Shown: positions 45,278 to 55,718, counted from the stretch's first letter. The stretch: 64,000 bases of DNA from an uncultured Alphaproteobacteria bacterium (GCA_944392835.1 CALXYB010000003.1:2179-66178); one strand, 5' to 3'. Numbers and translations: made by a program. Notes: generated by a model from the letters alone, not told the origin.

Positions 45278-45571
45278 ATGAATTTGGGTTTTAATCTGCA
45301 AAATATAAATCGCAAACGCAAATTGCGCCGACAATTAGGTTTTGTACTTTTTAGATGTCGGTATCATAAGAATGTAACTTTACAAAGCGTTTCCCGCCGA
45401 ACGGGGCTTACCCCCACAATCATTGACCGCATAGAGTTGGGCAAAGGCAATGTGCAATGGAGCGATTTTTTGATTCTGATAAATTTCTATGGCAAAGATT
45501 TTAGCTTTGAAATGGAAAAAATACACGCCCGTTCAGAGGAGCTTTGCTCCGAAGAATCCATAACGACATAG
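45278..45571 (+). CDS. Small XRE-type HTH protein
   Basis: 97 aa. VTLQSVSRRTGLTPTIIDRIELGKGN is an HTH. ATG 45278 follows aagaggag. Confidence 0.5.
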   Translation: MNLGFNLQNINRKRKLRRQLGFVLFRCRYHKNVTLQSVSRRTGLTPTIIDRIELGKGNVQWSDFLILINFYGKDFSFEMEKIHARSEELCSEESITT

Positions 45572-45710
45572 GGCACAAAAGATAGATATGCACTTAGGAA
45601 GCATCGCGGTTCAACAAAGGTTCTCAAAGCAGCCATTGATGCGGTCAAGCTGGCAACAGTTTGCGCGGTTCAACAAAGGTTAGCACCACAGCCATTGATG
45701 CGGTCAAGGG
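45567..45710. repeat. Dispersed repeat family, copy B (internally duplicated)
   Basis: catagggcacaaaagatagatatgcacttaggaagcatcgcggttcaacaaaggtt...cagccattgatgcggtcaag matches 13729-13830. The ~55-nt core cggttcaacaaaggtt..cagccattgatgcggtcaag occurs twice in tandem. Confidence 0.6.
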
Positions 45711-45720
45711 CGTCCCCTTG

Positions 45721-46407
45721 TCAGGGGAGCATAATTTTGCATTGAATGTTGGTTGCGGATTCCAGCTTGGTTTTAAAGTCAAGCGGGTCAACTTTCCCTT
45801 CCGTGAAGAGGTCATAGTGGATGGGCACGACGATTTGGGGATTAAGCCAACCGGCGGCGATGATTGCTTCATCAATATTCATATTCGCGCGCCCGCCGAT
45901 GGGAATAAAGGCAATGTCGGGTTTATAAACTTCGCCGACAAGCTTAAAATCTTGCTGGAGAGCCGTATCGCCCAAGGCATAGACTTTGACCTTGCCAAAG
46001 TTCATAAAGATGCTGGCAGCTTGACCGAAGGGTTTTCCGTTGGGCAAAAATCCGCTGTGCATGGCATAACGAAATTGTGCCGTTCCCCAAGGATATTTCC
46101 AAGTGCCGCCGATGGGAAGGCGGATGATTTCCGCACCTTGCTCGGCGCAATATTCGGCAAGCTCCATAACAGCGGTAATCGGGGCTTTGTTGGCTTTAGA
46201 AATGGCAACGGCATCACCCAAATGGTCGGCGTGGCCGTGGGTGAGCAAAATATCCGTAGCTTTAATGGATTCCGGTTTTTGGGTTGCCATAGGTGCGTTG
46301 GTCAAAAAGGGGTCAATCACCACGGAAGATTCGCCCTTGTTGAGCACAAAACCGCTGTGCCCGAGAAAGCTGATTCGCAAGTCCTCATATTGCAAGATGT
46401 CAGACAT
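45721..46407 (-). CDS. UPF0173-type metal-dependent hydrolase (metallo-beta-lactamase fold)
   Basis: 228 aa with LGHSGF..., DPFL and LLTHGHADHLGDA motifs. Confidence 0.8.
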   Translation of the reverse strand: MSDILQYEDLRISFLGHSGFVLNKGESSVVIDPFLTNAPMATQKPESIKATDILLTHGHADHLGDAVAISKANKAPITAVMELAEYCAEQGAEIIRLPIGGTWKYPWGTAQFRYAMHSGFLPNGKPFGQAASIFMNFGKVKVYALGDTALQQDFKLVGEVYKPDIAFIPIGGRANMNIDEAIIAAGWLNPQIVVPIHYDLFTEGKVDPLDFKTKLESATNIQCKIMLP

Positions 46408-46559
46408 ATTTACTTCTCCGAAAAGATTTAAGATTAAGAAGATGGTACAAGATTTTTTGCTGATTGTATATAAACTTTTTGGGCAATTTTATTAGTGATT
46501 GACAGATGTTGTAACAGGCGGTAGAAAAAATAAAAGTCAAATGTAAAAGAGAGGAAATT

Positions 46560-46904
46560 ATGGCTGAAGCATTGGAAGAGTTTTTTCCGATTCTGATAGA
46601 AAATTATATCCGTTTTGAAACGGCCAAACGCTATGTACAAATCAGAGATGAGGGGACAGATGCACCTTTGACCACCAAGTTTAAGATAGCCAAAGAATAT
46701 TATGAGAAGATGATAAACTTTGATGTAACGGCACCGTTGATAGGGCTGGAGTTGAGCTATGATGAAGCATCTTCAATTTTAAGCGTGGAACCGACAGATT
46801 ATTTTAAGGAACTGTATGAGAATAAGATAATGAGCGATGTCGCCATCAAGCAGTCTAATGAATCGGTCGGGCGATATTCAAACTTTATTGAGGTAATGGA
46901 ATAA
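46560..46904 (+). CDS. Hypothetical protein
   Basis: 114-aa ORF with RBS agaggaaattATG and a terminator directly after it. Confidence 0.5.
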   Translation: MAEALEEFFPILIENYIRFETAKRYVQIRDEGTDAPLTTKFKIAKEYYEKMINFDVTAPLIGLELSYDEASSILSVEPTDYFKELYENKIMSDVAIKQSNESVGRYSNFIEVME

Positions 46905-46939
46905 AAAAAAAGACCTGTGAGAAACAGGTCTTTTTTTTT
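46903..46939. terminator. Bidirectional terminator
   Basis: An A-run, then agacctgt gagaa acaggtct, then a T-run. It lies between a + strand ORF and the minus-strand tRNA-Leu. Confidence 0.8.
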
Positions 46940-46942
46940 GAT

Positions 46943-47028
46943 TGGTAGGGGTAGTCAGACTTGAACTGACACGGCCTGAGGCCACAAGATTTTGAGTCTA
47001 GCGCGTCTACCAGTTCCGCCATACCCCC
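46943..47028 (-). tRNA. tRNA-Leu, anticodon CAA (class II, long variable arm)
   Basis: The reverse complement is GGGGGTATGGCGGAACTGGTAGACGCGCTAGACTCAAAATCTTGTGGCCTCAGGCCGTGTCAGTTCAAGTCTGACTACCCCTACCA. It aligns with the E. coli tRNA-Leu architecture. There is one U-U mismatch in the anticodon stem. Confidence 0.9.
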
Positions 47029-47135
47029 ATCGTTTACGAGAAGAATAGATATAATATTTATTTCCAGTCGTCAATAGTTTTTTTACTAAAAATCATTAAA
47101 AATATCAATAAATTTGCAAGAAAAGGGGTAAGACA

Positions 47136-48647
47136 TTGTCAAATCTGGAAAATATGGCGCAAGAATATTATCAAAAAGGCGAGTTTCCTTTGGCGCTTTC
47201 CGCTTGGTTGGAGCTTGCGCAAAGCAACCCCGAAAAAGAAGATTACTATATTTGCGCGGGAAATTGTTTTGATGCCATGGGCAATAAAGAGTCGGCAGTT
47301 AAGTGTTATCTCAAAGCACATAAGCAAAACAAAAAATCTCTTCCGGCCATAAGTAATTTGGCAACGGCATATTATGAATTGGAAAATTTGGAGGAGGCAA
47401 AAAAATATTCTTGCTTGGCCTTAAAATATGATTCTGAAAATCTGTCAGCGCTGATAAATTTAGGCAATGTTTTTTATCGTCAGAAAAAATATACCGAAGC
47501 ATTGGAATATTATAAAAAAGCAGTTGAGATAAACGAAGACTATTTTGTTGCCGTCATCAATCTTGCCAACACCTATTTTGACCTTAAAGATTATGCAGCA
47601 TCTTTGCACTATGCCAAACAAGCAACAAAGTTGGATTCTAAAGCATTGCAGGCTTGGACATTGGTTGGAAATTCAGCACTTGAAACAGGTGATTATGACG
47701 AAGCATTATCGGCATTTTTAACAGCCGAAAAAATCGATTCTGCAGACCCCTGGATTCACAATTACTTATCACAAGCTTATCAGAAAAAATCGCTGTGGAA
47801 AAATGCCCTTGAAAATGGATGGCAGGCTGTGGAAAAAAGTGGCGGAGAAGAGTCGCACCACATAAATTTTGGTTATCTTTTATATGAAGCAAAATTAGAA
47901 AAACAAGATTCTCTTTGTGCAAAATATGTAAAAATTTGGCAGGAAAAATATGGTGAAAATAAGATTGTTTTGCATACGAGCAAAGCCTTGTCAGACGGGC
48001 GTTCGGAGGATGTTGCTCCTGCGGAATATGTACGAAATATTTTTGATGTTTTTGCACCCGATTTTGAACAAGTTTTGCATGGACTTGAATATCATGCGCC
48101 GGATTTAATTTTTAGATTCTTACAAGAAATTTATGGTGCAAAAAAATACTTCGGCTTACGGATTCTGGATGCGGGTTGCGGGACCGGATTATGCGGAAAA
48201 TTCTTAAAAAAATATGCCTCCTTCAGAGGACTGATTGGGGTGGATTTGTCTTCCGGAATGCTCAAAGAAGCAGCCGCTAAAAAGATATATAACCAGTTGA
48301 TTTGCCAAGATATTATAGAGCATCTTGAATGCCAAAAATCATCTTATGATTTGATTGTTGCTGCCGATGTTTTTACCTATATCGGAGATATGGAAAAACT
48401 CTTTTCCGCGCTCGCATATTCTCTCAAAAAAAATGGTCGTATTGTCTTTACTGTTTCAGAAAATTCCATAAACGATTCTGACTGGTTTTTGCATGCATCC
48501 GGACGCTTTTTGCATAGCTTAAAATATGTTGAAAACTTGCTTGAGAAAAACGGTTTTTTAGAAGAAAAAATCAGTCGTGAAAAACTAAGAAATGAAGGGG
48601 ATTCCGAAGTTTTGGGCTATGTAATTTCGGCGCAAAAAAGGCAATAA
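47136..48647 (+). CDS. TPR-repeat protein fused to a class I SAM-dependent methyltransferase
   Basis: About 6 N-terminal TPR units. The C-terminal LDAGCGTGLCG (SAM motif I) and VAADVFTYIG motifs are present. The start may be TTG 47136 or ATG 47154. Confidence 0.75.
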   Translation: MSNLENMAQEYYQKGEFPLALSAWLELAQSNPEKEDYYICAGNCFDAMGNKESAVKCYLKAHKQNKKSLPAISNLATAYYELENLEEAKKYSCLALKYDSENLSALINLGNVFYRQKKYTEALEYYKKAVEINEDYFVAVINLANTYFDLKDYAASLHYAKQATKLDSKALQAWTLVGNSALETGDYDEALSAFLTAEKIDSADPWIHNYLSQAYQKKSLWKNALENGWQAVEKSGGEESHHINFGYLLYEAKLEKQDSLCAKYVKIWQEKYGENKIVLHTSKALSDGRSEDVAPAEYVRNIFDVFAPDFEQVLHGLEYHAPDLIFRFLQEIYGAKKYFGLRILDAGCGTGLCGKFLKKYASFRGLIGVDLSSGMLKEAAAKKIYNQLICQDIIEHLECQKSSYDLIVAADVFTYIGDMEKLFSALAYSLKKNGRIVFTVSENSINDSDWFLHASGRFLHSLKYVENLLEKNGFLEEKISREKLRNEGDSEVLGYVISAQKRQ

Positions 48648-48678
48648 AAAAACCTCTCAAATTTGAGAGGTTTTTTTT
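48645..48678. terminator. Bidirectional terminator
   Basis: aaaaaaa cctctcaa at ttgagagg tttttttt. Confidence 0.75.
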
Positions 48679-48703
48679 ATTTTTCAACTCTAAAAAAGTG
48701 CGA

Positions 48704-48955
48704 TTATTTTGCAGATTTTTTAGTAGAAGAAGTGCTCTTGCAAGAAGAAGTTTTGCTGCAAGTTTTCTTAGAAGAAGCAGAGGTCTTCTTTGAGTTGCAA
48801 GAAGTGTTAGACTTGCAAGAAGAAGATTTGCAATTGTTAGAAAACTGAGCTACAGCCAAAGACCAAAAATACTCGTCCTGACCCATCGGGCGACCAGCAT
48901 TTTCCCACAAATAGTAAGCAGCTTCTTTGATTGCATTTTCGTTGTATTTAACCAT
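48704..48955 (-). CDS. DUF2934-like protein with a Ser/Lys/Cys-rich repetitive tail
   Basis: IKEAAYYLWENAGRPMGQDEYFW matches the DUF2934 signature. The tail is NNCKSSSCKSNTSCNSKKTSASSKKTCSKTSSCKSTSSTKKSAK. Start chosen at MVKYNEN (48955) after ggag. Confidence 0.65.
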   Translation of the reverse strand: MVKYNENAIKEAAYYLWENAGRPMGQDEYFWSLAVAQFSNNCKSSSCKSNTSCNSKKTSASSKKTCSKTSSCKSTSSTKKSAK

Positions 48956-49154
48956 AACTAACTCCAAATAAAAATAAAAAATGTTTGCTAACACGTTCTA
49001 ATATACATTCAAAATTTTATACGTCAACAACAAATCTTGAGATAATATTGATTTTGCAAAATAAAAGATAAACAGGTTATGAATTTGCCTTGCAATTAAA
49101 ATGAGAAGAATTTATATCTAATTTTGAAGGGCGATTTTATTATCAAAATTAATT

Positions 49155-51377
49155 ATGTCTAAGTCTATAGGGGGCTATATGGAATATCTGTTATCAAAAG
49201 AAGAAATGCAGGCGGTAATTGACGGCAATCACGGCAATGTTTTTGCCGTTTTGGGCATACACAGAGACAAGGGAAACAAGGAAGTTTATATCAGAGCATA
49301 TCAACCGAATACGCGCTCAATTGAGGTCATAAAAAATGACGGAACTTCACTTGGAAAAATGACCAAATTAGATGATCGTGGTTTTTATCAAATCAATCTT
49401 GGTGTCGGTGAAAATTTTGCATATCGTTTCAAAATTGAGAATGACTTAGGCAATGTTTATATGGCTGAAGATGTCTATCGTTTTCAGTCCAACATCGGCG
49501 ATATTGACGCATATCTTTTAGCTGAAGGAACACATCTGGATATGTATAAAAAACTCGGCGCACATCCGATGATGATGGATGGGGTTGCCGGTGTAAGTTT
49601 TGCTGTTTGGGCCCCGAATGCCAAAAGAGTTTCGGTTGTCGGAAATTTCAACAACTGGGATGGCCGTGTCAATGTGATGCGCAAGCACCCGACTTGCGGT
49701 GTGTGGGATATCTTTATTCCGGGCATCGGTCAGGGTGAGTTATACAAGTATGAAGTAAAAACCCAACAAGATTATATTTTGGTCAAATCTGACCCGGTTG
49801 CTTTTTATTCCGAAAAAAGACCAAACACAGCCTCCATTGTTTATAACATTGATAACTATCATTGGGAAGATGAAGGCTGGATGAACTATCGCGAACAAGC
49901 CAACAGCTTTGATCGTCCGATGTCTGTTTATGAGGTTCATTTGGGTTCATGGCGGCGTAAAGGTGAACAAGGAGAAGAATATCTGACCTATCGTGAATTT
50001 GCTGATTATTTAGTCCCCTATGTCAGCAATATGGGCTTTACGCATGTTGAATTTTTACCTTTGGCTGAGCACCCGTTAGATGCATCTTGGGGTTATCAAG
50101 TAACAGGTATGTTTGCCCCCACATCTCGTTTCGGTAATCCAGATGATTTTCGTTATATGATTGACAAGTTCCACCAAGCCGGTATCGGTGTGATTATGGA
50201 TTGGGTTCCGGCACACTTCCCGAAAGACGGACATGGTCTGGTAGAATTTGACGGCACGCATTTGTATGAGCATGCCGATCCTCGCAAAGGAGAGCATACG
50301 GATTGGGGAACAAAGATTTATAACTATGGTCGCACCGAAGTATGCAACTTCTTGTGTGCAAGTGCGCTTTACTGGCTGAAGGAATACCATATTGATGGTT
50401 TGCGTGTGGATGCGGTTGCGTCCATGTTGTATCTGGATTATTCGCGCAAGAACGGCGAGTGGATTCCAAACATCTATGGCGGTAATGAAAACTTGGAGGC
50501 AATATCGTTCCTGCGTAAGATGAATGAGCTGGTTTATGGACATAACAAAGGCGCATTTACTTGTGCGGAAGAGTCTACGGCATGGCCGATGGTTTCTCGT
50601 CCGACCTCAATGGGCGGCTTGGGTTTTGGTTATAAGTGGAATATGGGCTGGATGAACGATACTTTGCGTTACATCAGCAAAGATCCAGTTCACCGCAAAT
50701 ATCACCATGGTATGCTGACCTTTGGCTTGCTCTATGCGTTTAATGAGAACTTTATTTTGCCGATTTCGCATGACGAAGTTGTTCATGGTAAGGGTTCAAT
50801 GCTGGCTAAGATGCCGGGAGATGAGTGGCAAAAATTTGCAAACTTAAGAGCTTATTACGGCTTTATGTTTACCCACCCCGGAAAGAAGCTTTTGTTTATG
50901 GGTAACGAATTTGGTCAGGATTGGGAATGGAATGCGGAAGAGAGTTTGCGTTGGCACTTGTTGCAATACCCGATGTATAAAGGTATGCAAAATTGCGTCC
51001 GTGATTTGAACCTGATGTATAAGGGCAACTCGGCGCTATATGAAGTTGACTTTGATTACCGCGGCTTTGAGTGGATAGAGCACTCTAATGCGGATGATAG
51101 TGTTATTTCATATATCCGTAAAGGCAGCCAGCCCGGAGATTATCTGATTACGATTTGTAACTTTACACCTGTTGTCAGAAGAGATTATCGCGTAGGTGTC
51201 TTTGAAAAATGTCGTTATCAAGAAATTTTTAATAGTGATGATGTAAACTACTGGGGTAGCGGCGTTAAGAACGAAGGTCTTATGGAAGCTGAAGAACAGG
51301 AATGGAATATGAAACCATATTCTATTCGCATAACGCTTCCACCTTTGTCAACCATCGTAATTAAGCCGATACGCTAG
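49155..51377 (+). CDS. glgB: 1,4-alpha-glucan branching enzyme
   Basis: GH13 branching-enzyme motifs are present ([38 protein letters not shown]). Confidence 0.92.
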   Translation: MSKSIGGYMEYLLSKEEMQAVIDGNHGNVFAVLGIHRDKGNKEVYIRAYQPNTRSIEVIKNDGTSLGKMTKLDDRGFYQINLGVGENFAYRFKIENDLGNVYMAEDVYRFQSNIGDIDAYLLAEGTHLDMYKKLGAHPMMMDGVAGVSFAVWAPNAKRVSVVGNFNNWDGRVNVMRKHPTCGVWDIFIPGIGQGELYKYEVKTQQDYILVKSDPVAFYSEKRPNTASIVYNIDNYHWEDEGWMNYREQANSFDRPMSVYEVHLGSWRRKGEQGEEYLTYREFADYLVPYVSNMGFTHVEFLPLAEHPLDASWGYQVTGMFAPTSRFGNPDDFRYMIDKFHQAGIGVIMDWVPAHFPKDGHGLVEFDGTHLYEHADPRKGEHTDWGTKIYNYGRTEVCNFLCASALYWLKEYHIDGLRVDAVASMLYLDYSRKNGEWIPNIYGGNENLEAISFLRKMNELVYGHNKGAFTCAEESTAWPMVSRPTSMGGLGFGYKWNMGWMNDTLRYISKDPVHRKYHHGMLTFGLLYAFNENFILPISHDEVVHGKGSMLAKMPGDEWQKFANLRAYYGFMFTHPGKKLLFMGNEFGQDWEWNAEESLRWHLLQYPMYKGMQNCVRDLNLMYKGNSALYEVDFDYRGFEWIEHSNADDSVISYIRKGSQPGDYLITICNFTPVVRRDYRVGVFEKCRYQEIFNSDDVNYWGSGVKNEGLMEAEEQEWNMKPYSIRITLPPLSTIVIKPIR

Positions 51378-51408
51378 GAAGAGTTTTTAAAACAAGCGGA
51401 GAACGATT

Positions 51409-53481
51409 ATGGCAAGCAACAAACCCTCAAGCGGTAAACCTTATCCACTAGGTTCGGTTTACGACGGGAAGGGTGTAAACTTTGCCTTGTTTTCGGCACA
51501 TGCCGAAAAGGTCGAACTCTGCTTGTTTGATAAAACAGGTTCGCAAGAGCTAAAGCGTTATGTTATAACCGAGAATGATAACAGTATCTGGCATATTTAT
51601 ATTCCGGGACTGGAGCCAGGGCAAGTTTATGGCTATCGTGTTTACGGACCGTATAAGCCGGAAGAAGGTAAAAGGTTTAATCCGAATAAATTATTGATAG
51701 ATCCCTATGGCAAACAGCTTGTCGGCAAGCTCATTTGGCATAAGGCCATATTTGGCTATGATTGGGATAGTCCGGATAAGGATTTGTCTTTTTCGGAGCT
51801 GGACAGCGCGCCTTATGTTCCGAAGTCTGTTGTCGTTGAAGATGATTATGACTGGGAAGGCGATGAACCGCTAAAACACCCGTTTGAAGAAACCATTATT
51901 TATGAAACCCATACAAGGGGATTTACGCGTCTGCACCCCAAAGTTCCGGATGTCCAGCGCGGAACATTTTTAGGTATGAGTCATAAGTCGGTAGTCGGTT
52001 ATCTGAAATGGTTGGGCGTAACGGCGGTAGAATTGTTGCCGATACACGCTTTTTTTGGCAATAGGCATAAGAAAGGCTATGTGGTTGATAACTATTGGGG
52101 CTATGAGAGCTTTTCATTTTTCGCGCCCGAACAGTCATATCTGGAGCACGGAGAGATAAAAGAATTTAAGGATATGGTCAAAAAGCTTCATCAGAATAAT
52201 CTGGAGGTTATTTTGGATGTGGTTTATAACCATACAGGTGAGGGCAACCAATTAGGACCAACTTTGTGTTATCGTGGCATTGATAATGAATCTTATTATA
52301 TTTTGAACCCGGAGAATAAGCGTTATTACTTTGACACAACCGGCTGCGGAGCATCATTTAATGTTCAAAATCCTAATGTCTTAACATTAGTGATGGATTC
52401 CTTGCGCTATTGGGTTAAGGAAATGCACGTTGATGGTTTTCGTTTTGATTTAGCGACCACGGTAAGCAGACAAAACAAAGAGTTTAGCCAGCAAAGCGGA
52501 TTTTTATATGCTGCGGGACAAGACCCTCTGTTGCGCGAAACCAAGCTGATTGCCGAACCATGGGATGTCGGTTTTGGCGGCTATCAGGTTGGTGCTTTTC
52601 CGCCGGGTTGGGCAGAGTGGAATGACAAGTTCAGAGATGTTGTCCGCCGTTTTTGGAAGGGTGATTTAGGTCAGACAGCAGAATTAGCAAGTCGTTTGGC
52701 CGGCTCTTCGGATGTGTTTAATTATAACAACAGAAACATTTGGGCGAGTGTAAATTTTGTAACCGCGCATGATGGTTTTTGTTTGAGAGACTTGGTTAGC
52801 TTTAACGGCAAACACAACAACTCCAATGGCGAAGAAAATAGAGATGGAAGTGATAGCAACTGGAGCTGGAACTCCGGAGCCGAAGGCGAGAGTGATAACA
52901 AGACGGTAAAGGCCAATCGTTATGCGCGAGCACGTGCACTTATGACCACGTTGCTGATGTCTTTCGGAACACCGATGATATTGTCAGGTGATGAACTGGC
53001 ACGGACACAGTTTGGCAATAACAATCCCTATTGTCAGGATAATATTTTGACATGGCTTGCTTGGGAGGCCATAACAAACGAAAATAGAACCTATGCGCGT
53101 TTTGTAAAGAAGTTGATAGGTTTAAGAAAAAAGCTCAAAATTTTTGACCGCCGCAAATTTTTCACCGGTCATCCGCAAGGCAGAAACGGTATCAAAGATA
53201 TAACCTGGTATACCGAAAGAGGCGACGAATTTACGGAAGCGGATTGGCATAATCCGCAACGTAAAAATATCGCCTATAGTGTTTATTCCGGCGGGCATTA
53301 TGTAATGTGTATTTTTAATGCTGATTTTAATGAGCAAAATTGGAAACTTCCAGAATTTGATGAAAAATTAAGCTGGACACTTTTGGTGGATAGCTCAGAG
53401 AAGTTTAGCGGCACGCCGGCATCGGGTAAAACGATAAAAGTTCCGGGCTGGAGCGTATTGGTATTTGAAATAAAAAAATAA
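51409..53481 (+). CDS. glgX: Glycogen debranching enzyme
   Basis: GKPYPLG...GVNFALFS N-terminus, YWGY, DVVYNHT, GFRFDLA, EPWD and VTAHDGF motifs. Confidence 0.9.
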   Translation: MASNKPSSGKPYPLGSVYDGKGVNFALFSAHAEKVELCLFDKTGSQELKRYVITENDNSIWHIYIPGLEPGQVYGYRVYGPYKPEEGKRFNPNKLLIDPYGKQLVGKLIWHKAIFGYDWDSPDKDLSFSELDSAPYVPKSVVVEDDYDWEGDEPLKHPFEETIIYETHTRGFTRLHPKVPDVQRGTFLGMSHKSVVGYLKWLGVTAVELLPIHAFFGNRHKKGYVVDNYWGYESFSFFAPEQSYLEHGEIKEFKDMVKKLHQNNLEVILDVVYNHTGEGNQLGPTLCYRGIDNESYYILNPENKRYYFDTTGCGASFNVQNPNVLTLVMDSLRYWVKEMHVDGFRFDLATTVSRQNKEFSQQSGFLYAAGQDPLLRETKLIAEPWDVGFGGYQVGAFPPGWAEWNDKFRDVVRRFWKGDLGQTAELASRLAGSSDVFNYNNRNIWASVNFVTAHDGFCLRDLVSFNGKHNNSNGEENRDGSDSNWSWNSGAEGESDNKTVKANRYARARALMTTLLMSFGTPMILSGDELARTQFGNNNPYCQDNILTWLAWEAITNENRTYARFVKKLIGLRKKLKIFDRRKFFTGHPQGRNGIKDITWYTERGDEFTEADWHNPQRKNIAYSVYSGGHYVMCIFNADFNEQNWKLPEFDEKLSWTLLVDSSEKFSGTPASGKTIKVPGWSVLVFEIKK

Positions 53482-53498
53482 TAAAGGGGAAATAAAAG

Positions 53499-55658
53499 AT
53501 GGATGATAATCTGAGAGAGCTGGCGGAGAAATTAGGTCTTTCCGTTCGTTTTACGGATGCGGGTTTGATAAGAAAAGATTATGAAGTCAGCGAAGATGTC
53601 ATCCGCCGTATAGCAGACAGTTTAGGATATAAAGCTTGGACAAATGAGGATGTAAATAATTCTTTAGCTGAATTTGAACGCCGCAAATGGAGCCGCACAT
53701 TAGAGACAATATATGTCGTAGAAGAAGGTAATGTTGAGTTTACGGCAGTTATCCCTTCATCAAAATTAAATGCCGAGATTGATATTATCGCAGCGCCCGA
53801 AAATTCTGGCCCCGGTATGTTTGGCCAGCTTTCTTTTCGCATAAATGATACCGGTGAAAGATATGTATTAAATGAGGTTGAGTTGGCGCGTATAGAAATA
53901 CGCATCAATACAACTTTGAGCTTCGGTTATTATAATTTATCATTCAAGGTGGATGAAGATATTTATTATGCAACTTTAGCCGTTGCCCCAAGAAGGTGCT
54001 ATGAGAATGCGGCTTTGGCAAGCGGTAAGATATGGGGCTTAAATATCCAGTTATATTCATTAAAGAGTGAGCATAACTGGGGTATCGGCGATTTTACGGA
54101 TTTAGCGGAGTTGGTAAAGATAGCAGCCCGCAACGGTGCAAACATAATAGGTTTAAATCCGTTAAATGTTTTGAATCATACTTATCCCGAAGATGCCAGC
54201 CCGTATAGCTCATTGAGCCGCTTGTTTATGAATCCGATGTATATTGATATTGAGAATGTACCGGAGTTTAATCCGTCAGACAGAGAAGAACACTTAGAAC
54301 AGATAAAAGAATTAAGAGAGAGCGAATTAATCAGATATACGGAAGTTTATCAGTTGAAAGTAAAGCTTCTGGAAGAGTTTTATAAAAGGTTCAAATTCGG
54401 CAAAGACCAAAACCGCCAAACAGATTATCAGCGCTATTGCGAAAGCAAAGGTGTGGATTTGGAAAAGATGGCAACTTTCCAATGCTTATATGATGAAAAA
54501 TGCTCATTTAATTGGGGCGGTGGCTGGCGCGCATGGGAAAAAGATTTTCAGGACTTCAATAGTGAAGGAATGCAAAAATACATAGCCGCGCATAAGGATA
54601 AGATAGAGTTTTTCAAATTTATGCAGTTTGAGGCGGAGAGGCAGTTTGACTTAGCCTATCAGACGGCAGTTGAATGCGGATTAAGACTAGGCTTTTATCG
54701 TGATTTACCGGTAGGCGTGAGCGCGGACAGTACGGAAGTTTGGAGCAATCCGGAGTTGTTTATTCCGGGGGTTGGTGCAGGTGCGCCGCCGGATGCATTC
54801 TTTCCGGCAGGTCAAAAATGGTGCTTGGGAACATTTAACCCTTTTGTGCTCAAAGATAAATGCTATCAGCCTTTTATCAAAATTTTAAGAGCCAATATGC
54901 GCTCGGCGGGCGCTTTGCGTATAGACCACGTTATGGGATTGATGCGGCTGTATATTATTCCGGATGACGGCACAGCCGGAACATATCTGTATTTTAATTT
55001 TAGGGATATGCTTAACATTGTTGCTTTGGAAAGCCATTTGAATCAGTGTATGATAGTAGGCGAGAGTATCGGTAATGTTCCGGAAGGTTTTATGGATACG
55101 TTAAGAGCCAGAAATGTCTATTCTTTAGGTGTTTTGTGGGCGGAAAGATTTGATGCCGGCTGGGGAGATTTTCGCAGCCCGCAGCAATACCCCGAATATG
55201 CTTTCACGTCTATCGGCACGCATGATATGGCACCGCTTCGGATGTGGTGGTTTGGCTATGATATTGCTTTGATGCGTAGCTTGGATATCATAGATAATGA
55301 TGAAGTTCAGGCACAAGCTTATCAAAAAAGAGAAGCAGACAGGTGGAAGCTGTTGCACGTTTTGGATATCAACGGTGTTTGGCCGGAGGATAATTTCAGA
55401 AAAGCGGACTATCTTTTTGGTGAAGCTTATCCTGAAGGCATTGAGGAGGCAGTACACCGTTTTGGCGCAAGGACGGTTTCCAAAGTCTTTCTGGCGCAGC
55501 CGGAAGATATATTTCATGTAGAAAAAATGCAAAACTTACCGGGTGTTGATAGAGACAAACATCCGAACTGGCGGCGCAAACTTCCGGTAAATTTAGAAAA
55601 GTTTGAAGAAGATATTGCATTTATTAGAAATATCAAAGCCATAAGGCGAGAGAGATAA
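53499..55658 (+). CDS. malQ: 4-alpha-glucanotransferase (amylomaltase) with N-terminal extension
   Basis: GH77 motifs are present (WGIGDFTDL, SPYSSLSRLFMNP, RIDHVMGL, IGESIGNVP, THD). Confidence 0.88.
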   Translation: MDDNLRELAEKLGLSVRFTDAGLIRKDYEVSEDVIRRIADSLGYKAWTNEDVNNSLAEFERRKWSRTLETIYVVEEGNVEFTAVIPSSKLNAEIDIIAAPENSGPGMFGQLSFRINDTGERYVLNEVELARIEIRINTTLSFGYYNLSFKVDEDIYYATLAVAPRRCYENAALASGKIWGLNIQLYSLKSEHNWGIGDFTDLAELVKIAARNGANIIGLNPLNVLNHTYPEDASPYSSLSRLFMNPMYIDIENVPEFNPSDREEHLEQIKELRESELIRYTEVYQLKVKLLEEFYKRFKFGKDQNRQTDYQRYCESKGVDLEKMATFQCLYDEKCSFNWGGGWRAWEKDFQDFNSEGMQKYIAAHKDKIEFFKFMQFEAERQFDLAYQTAVECGLRLGFYRDLPVGVSADSTEVWSNPELFIPGVGAGAPPDAFFPAGQKWCLGTFNPFVLKDKCYQPFIKILRANMRSAGALRIDHVMGLMRLYIIPDDGTAGTYLYFNFRDMLNIVALESHLNQCMIVGESIGNVPEGFMDTLRARNVYSLGVLWAERFDAGWGDFRSPQQYPEYAFTSIGTHDMAPLRMWWFGYDIALMRSLDIIDNDEVQAQAYQKREADRWKLLHVLDINGVWPEDNFRKADYLFGEAYPEGIEEAVHRFGARTVSKVFLAQPEDIFHVEKMQNLPGVDRDKHPNWRRKLPVNLEKFEEDIAFIRNIKAIRRER

Positions 55659-55663
55659 AACAA

Positions 55664-55693
55664 AAAGGCCTTTCCGTTCTGGAAAGGCCTTTC
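55664..55693. terminator. Bidirectional terminator between malQ and flgL
   Basis: aaaggcctttcc gttct ggaaaggccttt. Confidence 0.7.
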
Positions 55694-55718
55694 TTCTGCC
55701 CCGATTACCTTTCGTCTT

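Noticed and set aside
45569-45720. The reading frame of the HTH gene stays open for about 50 codons past its TAG stop, through the dispersed repeat (possible read-through extension)
   Set aside because: The extension is simply the repeat element. The equivalent frame in copy A has no upstream gene, and no read-through context is evident. This is most likely coincidence.
45661-46431. 256-aa + strand ORF antisense to the UPF0173 hydrolase gene
   Set aside because: The minus-strand protein has clear metallo-beta-lactamase-fold motifs (THGHADH). The + strand product has none and no RBS.
48663-48848. 61-aa + strand ORF (EEVLLQ repeats) antisense to the DUF2934 tail
   Set aside because: It is a mirror image of the repetitive Ser/Lys/Cys-coding tract. 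It starts inside the bidirectional terminator and has no RBS.
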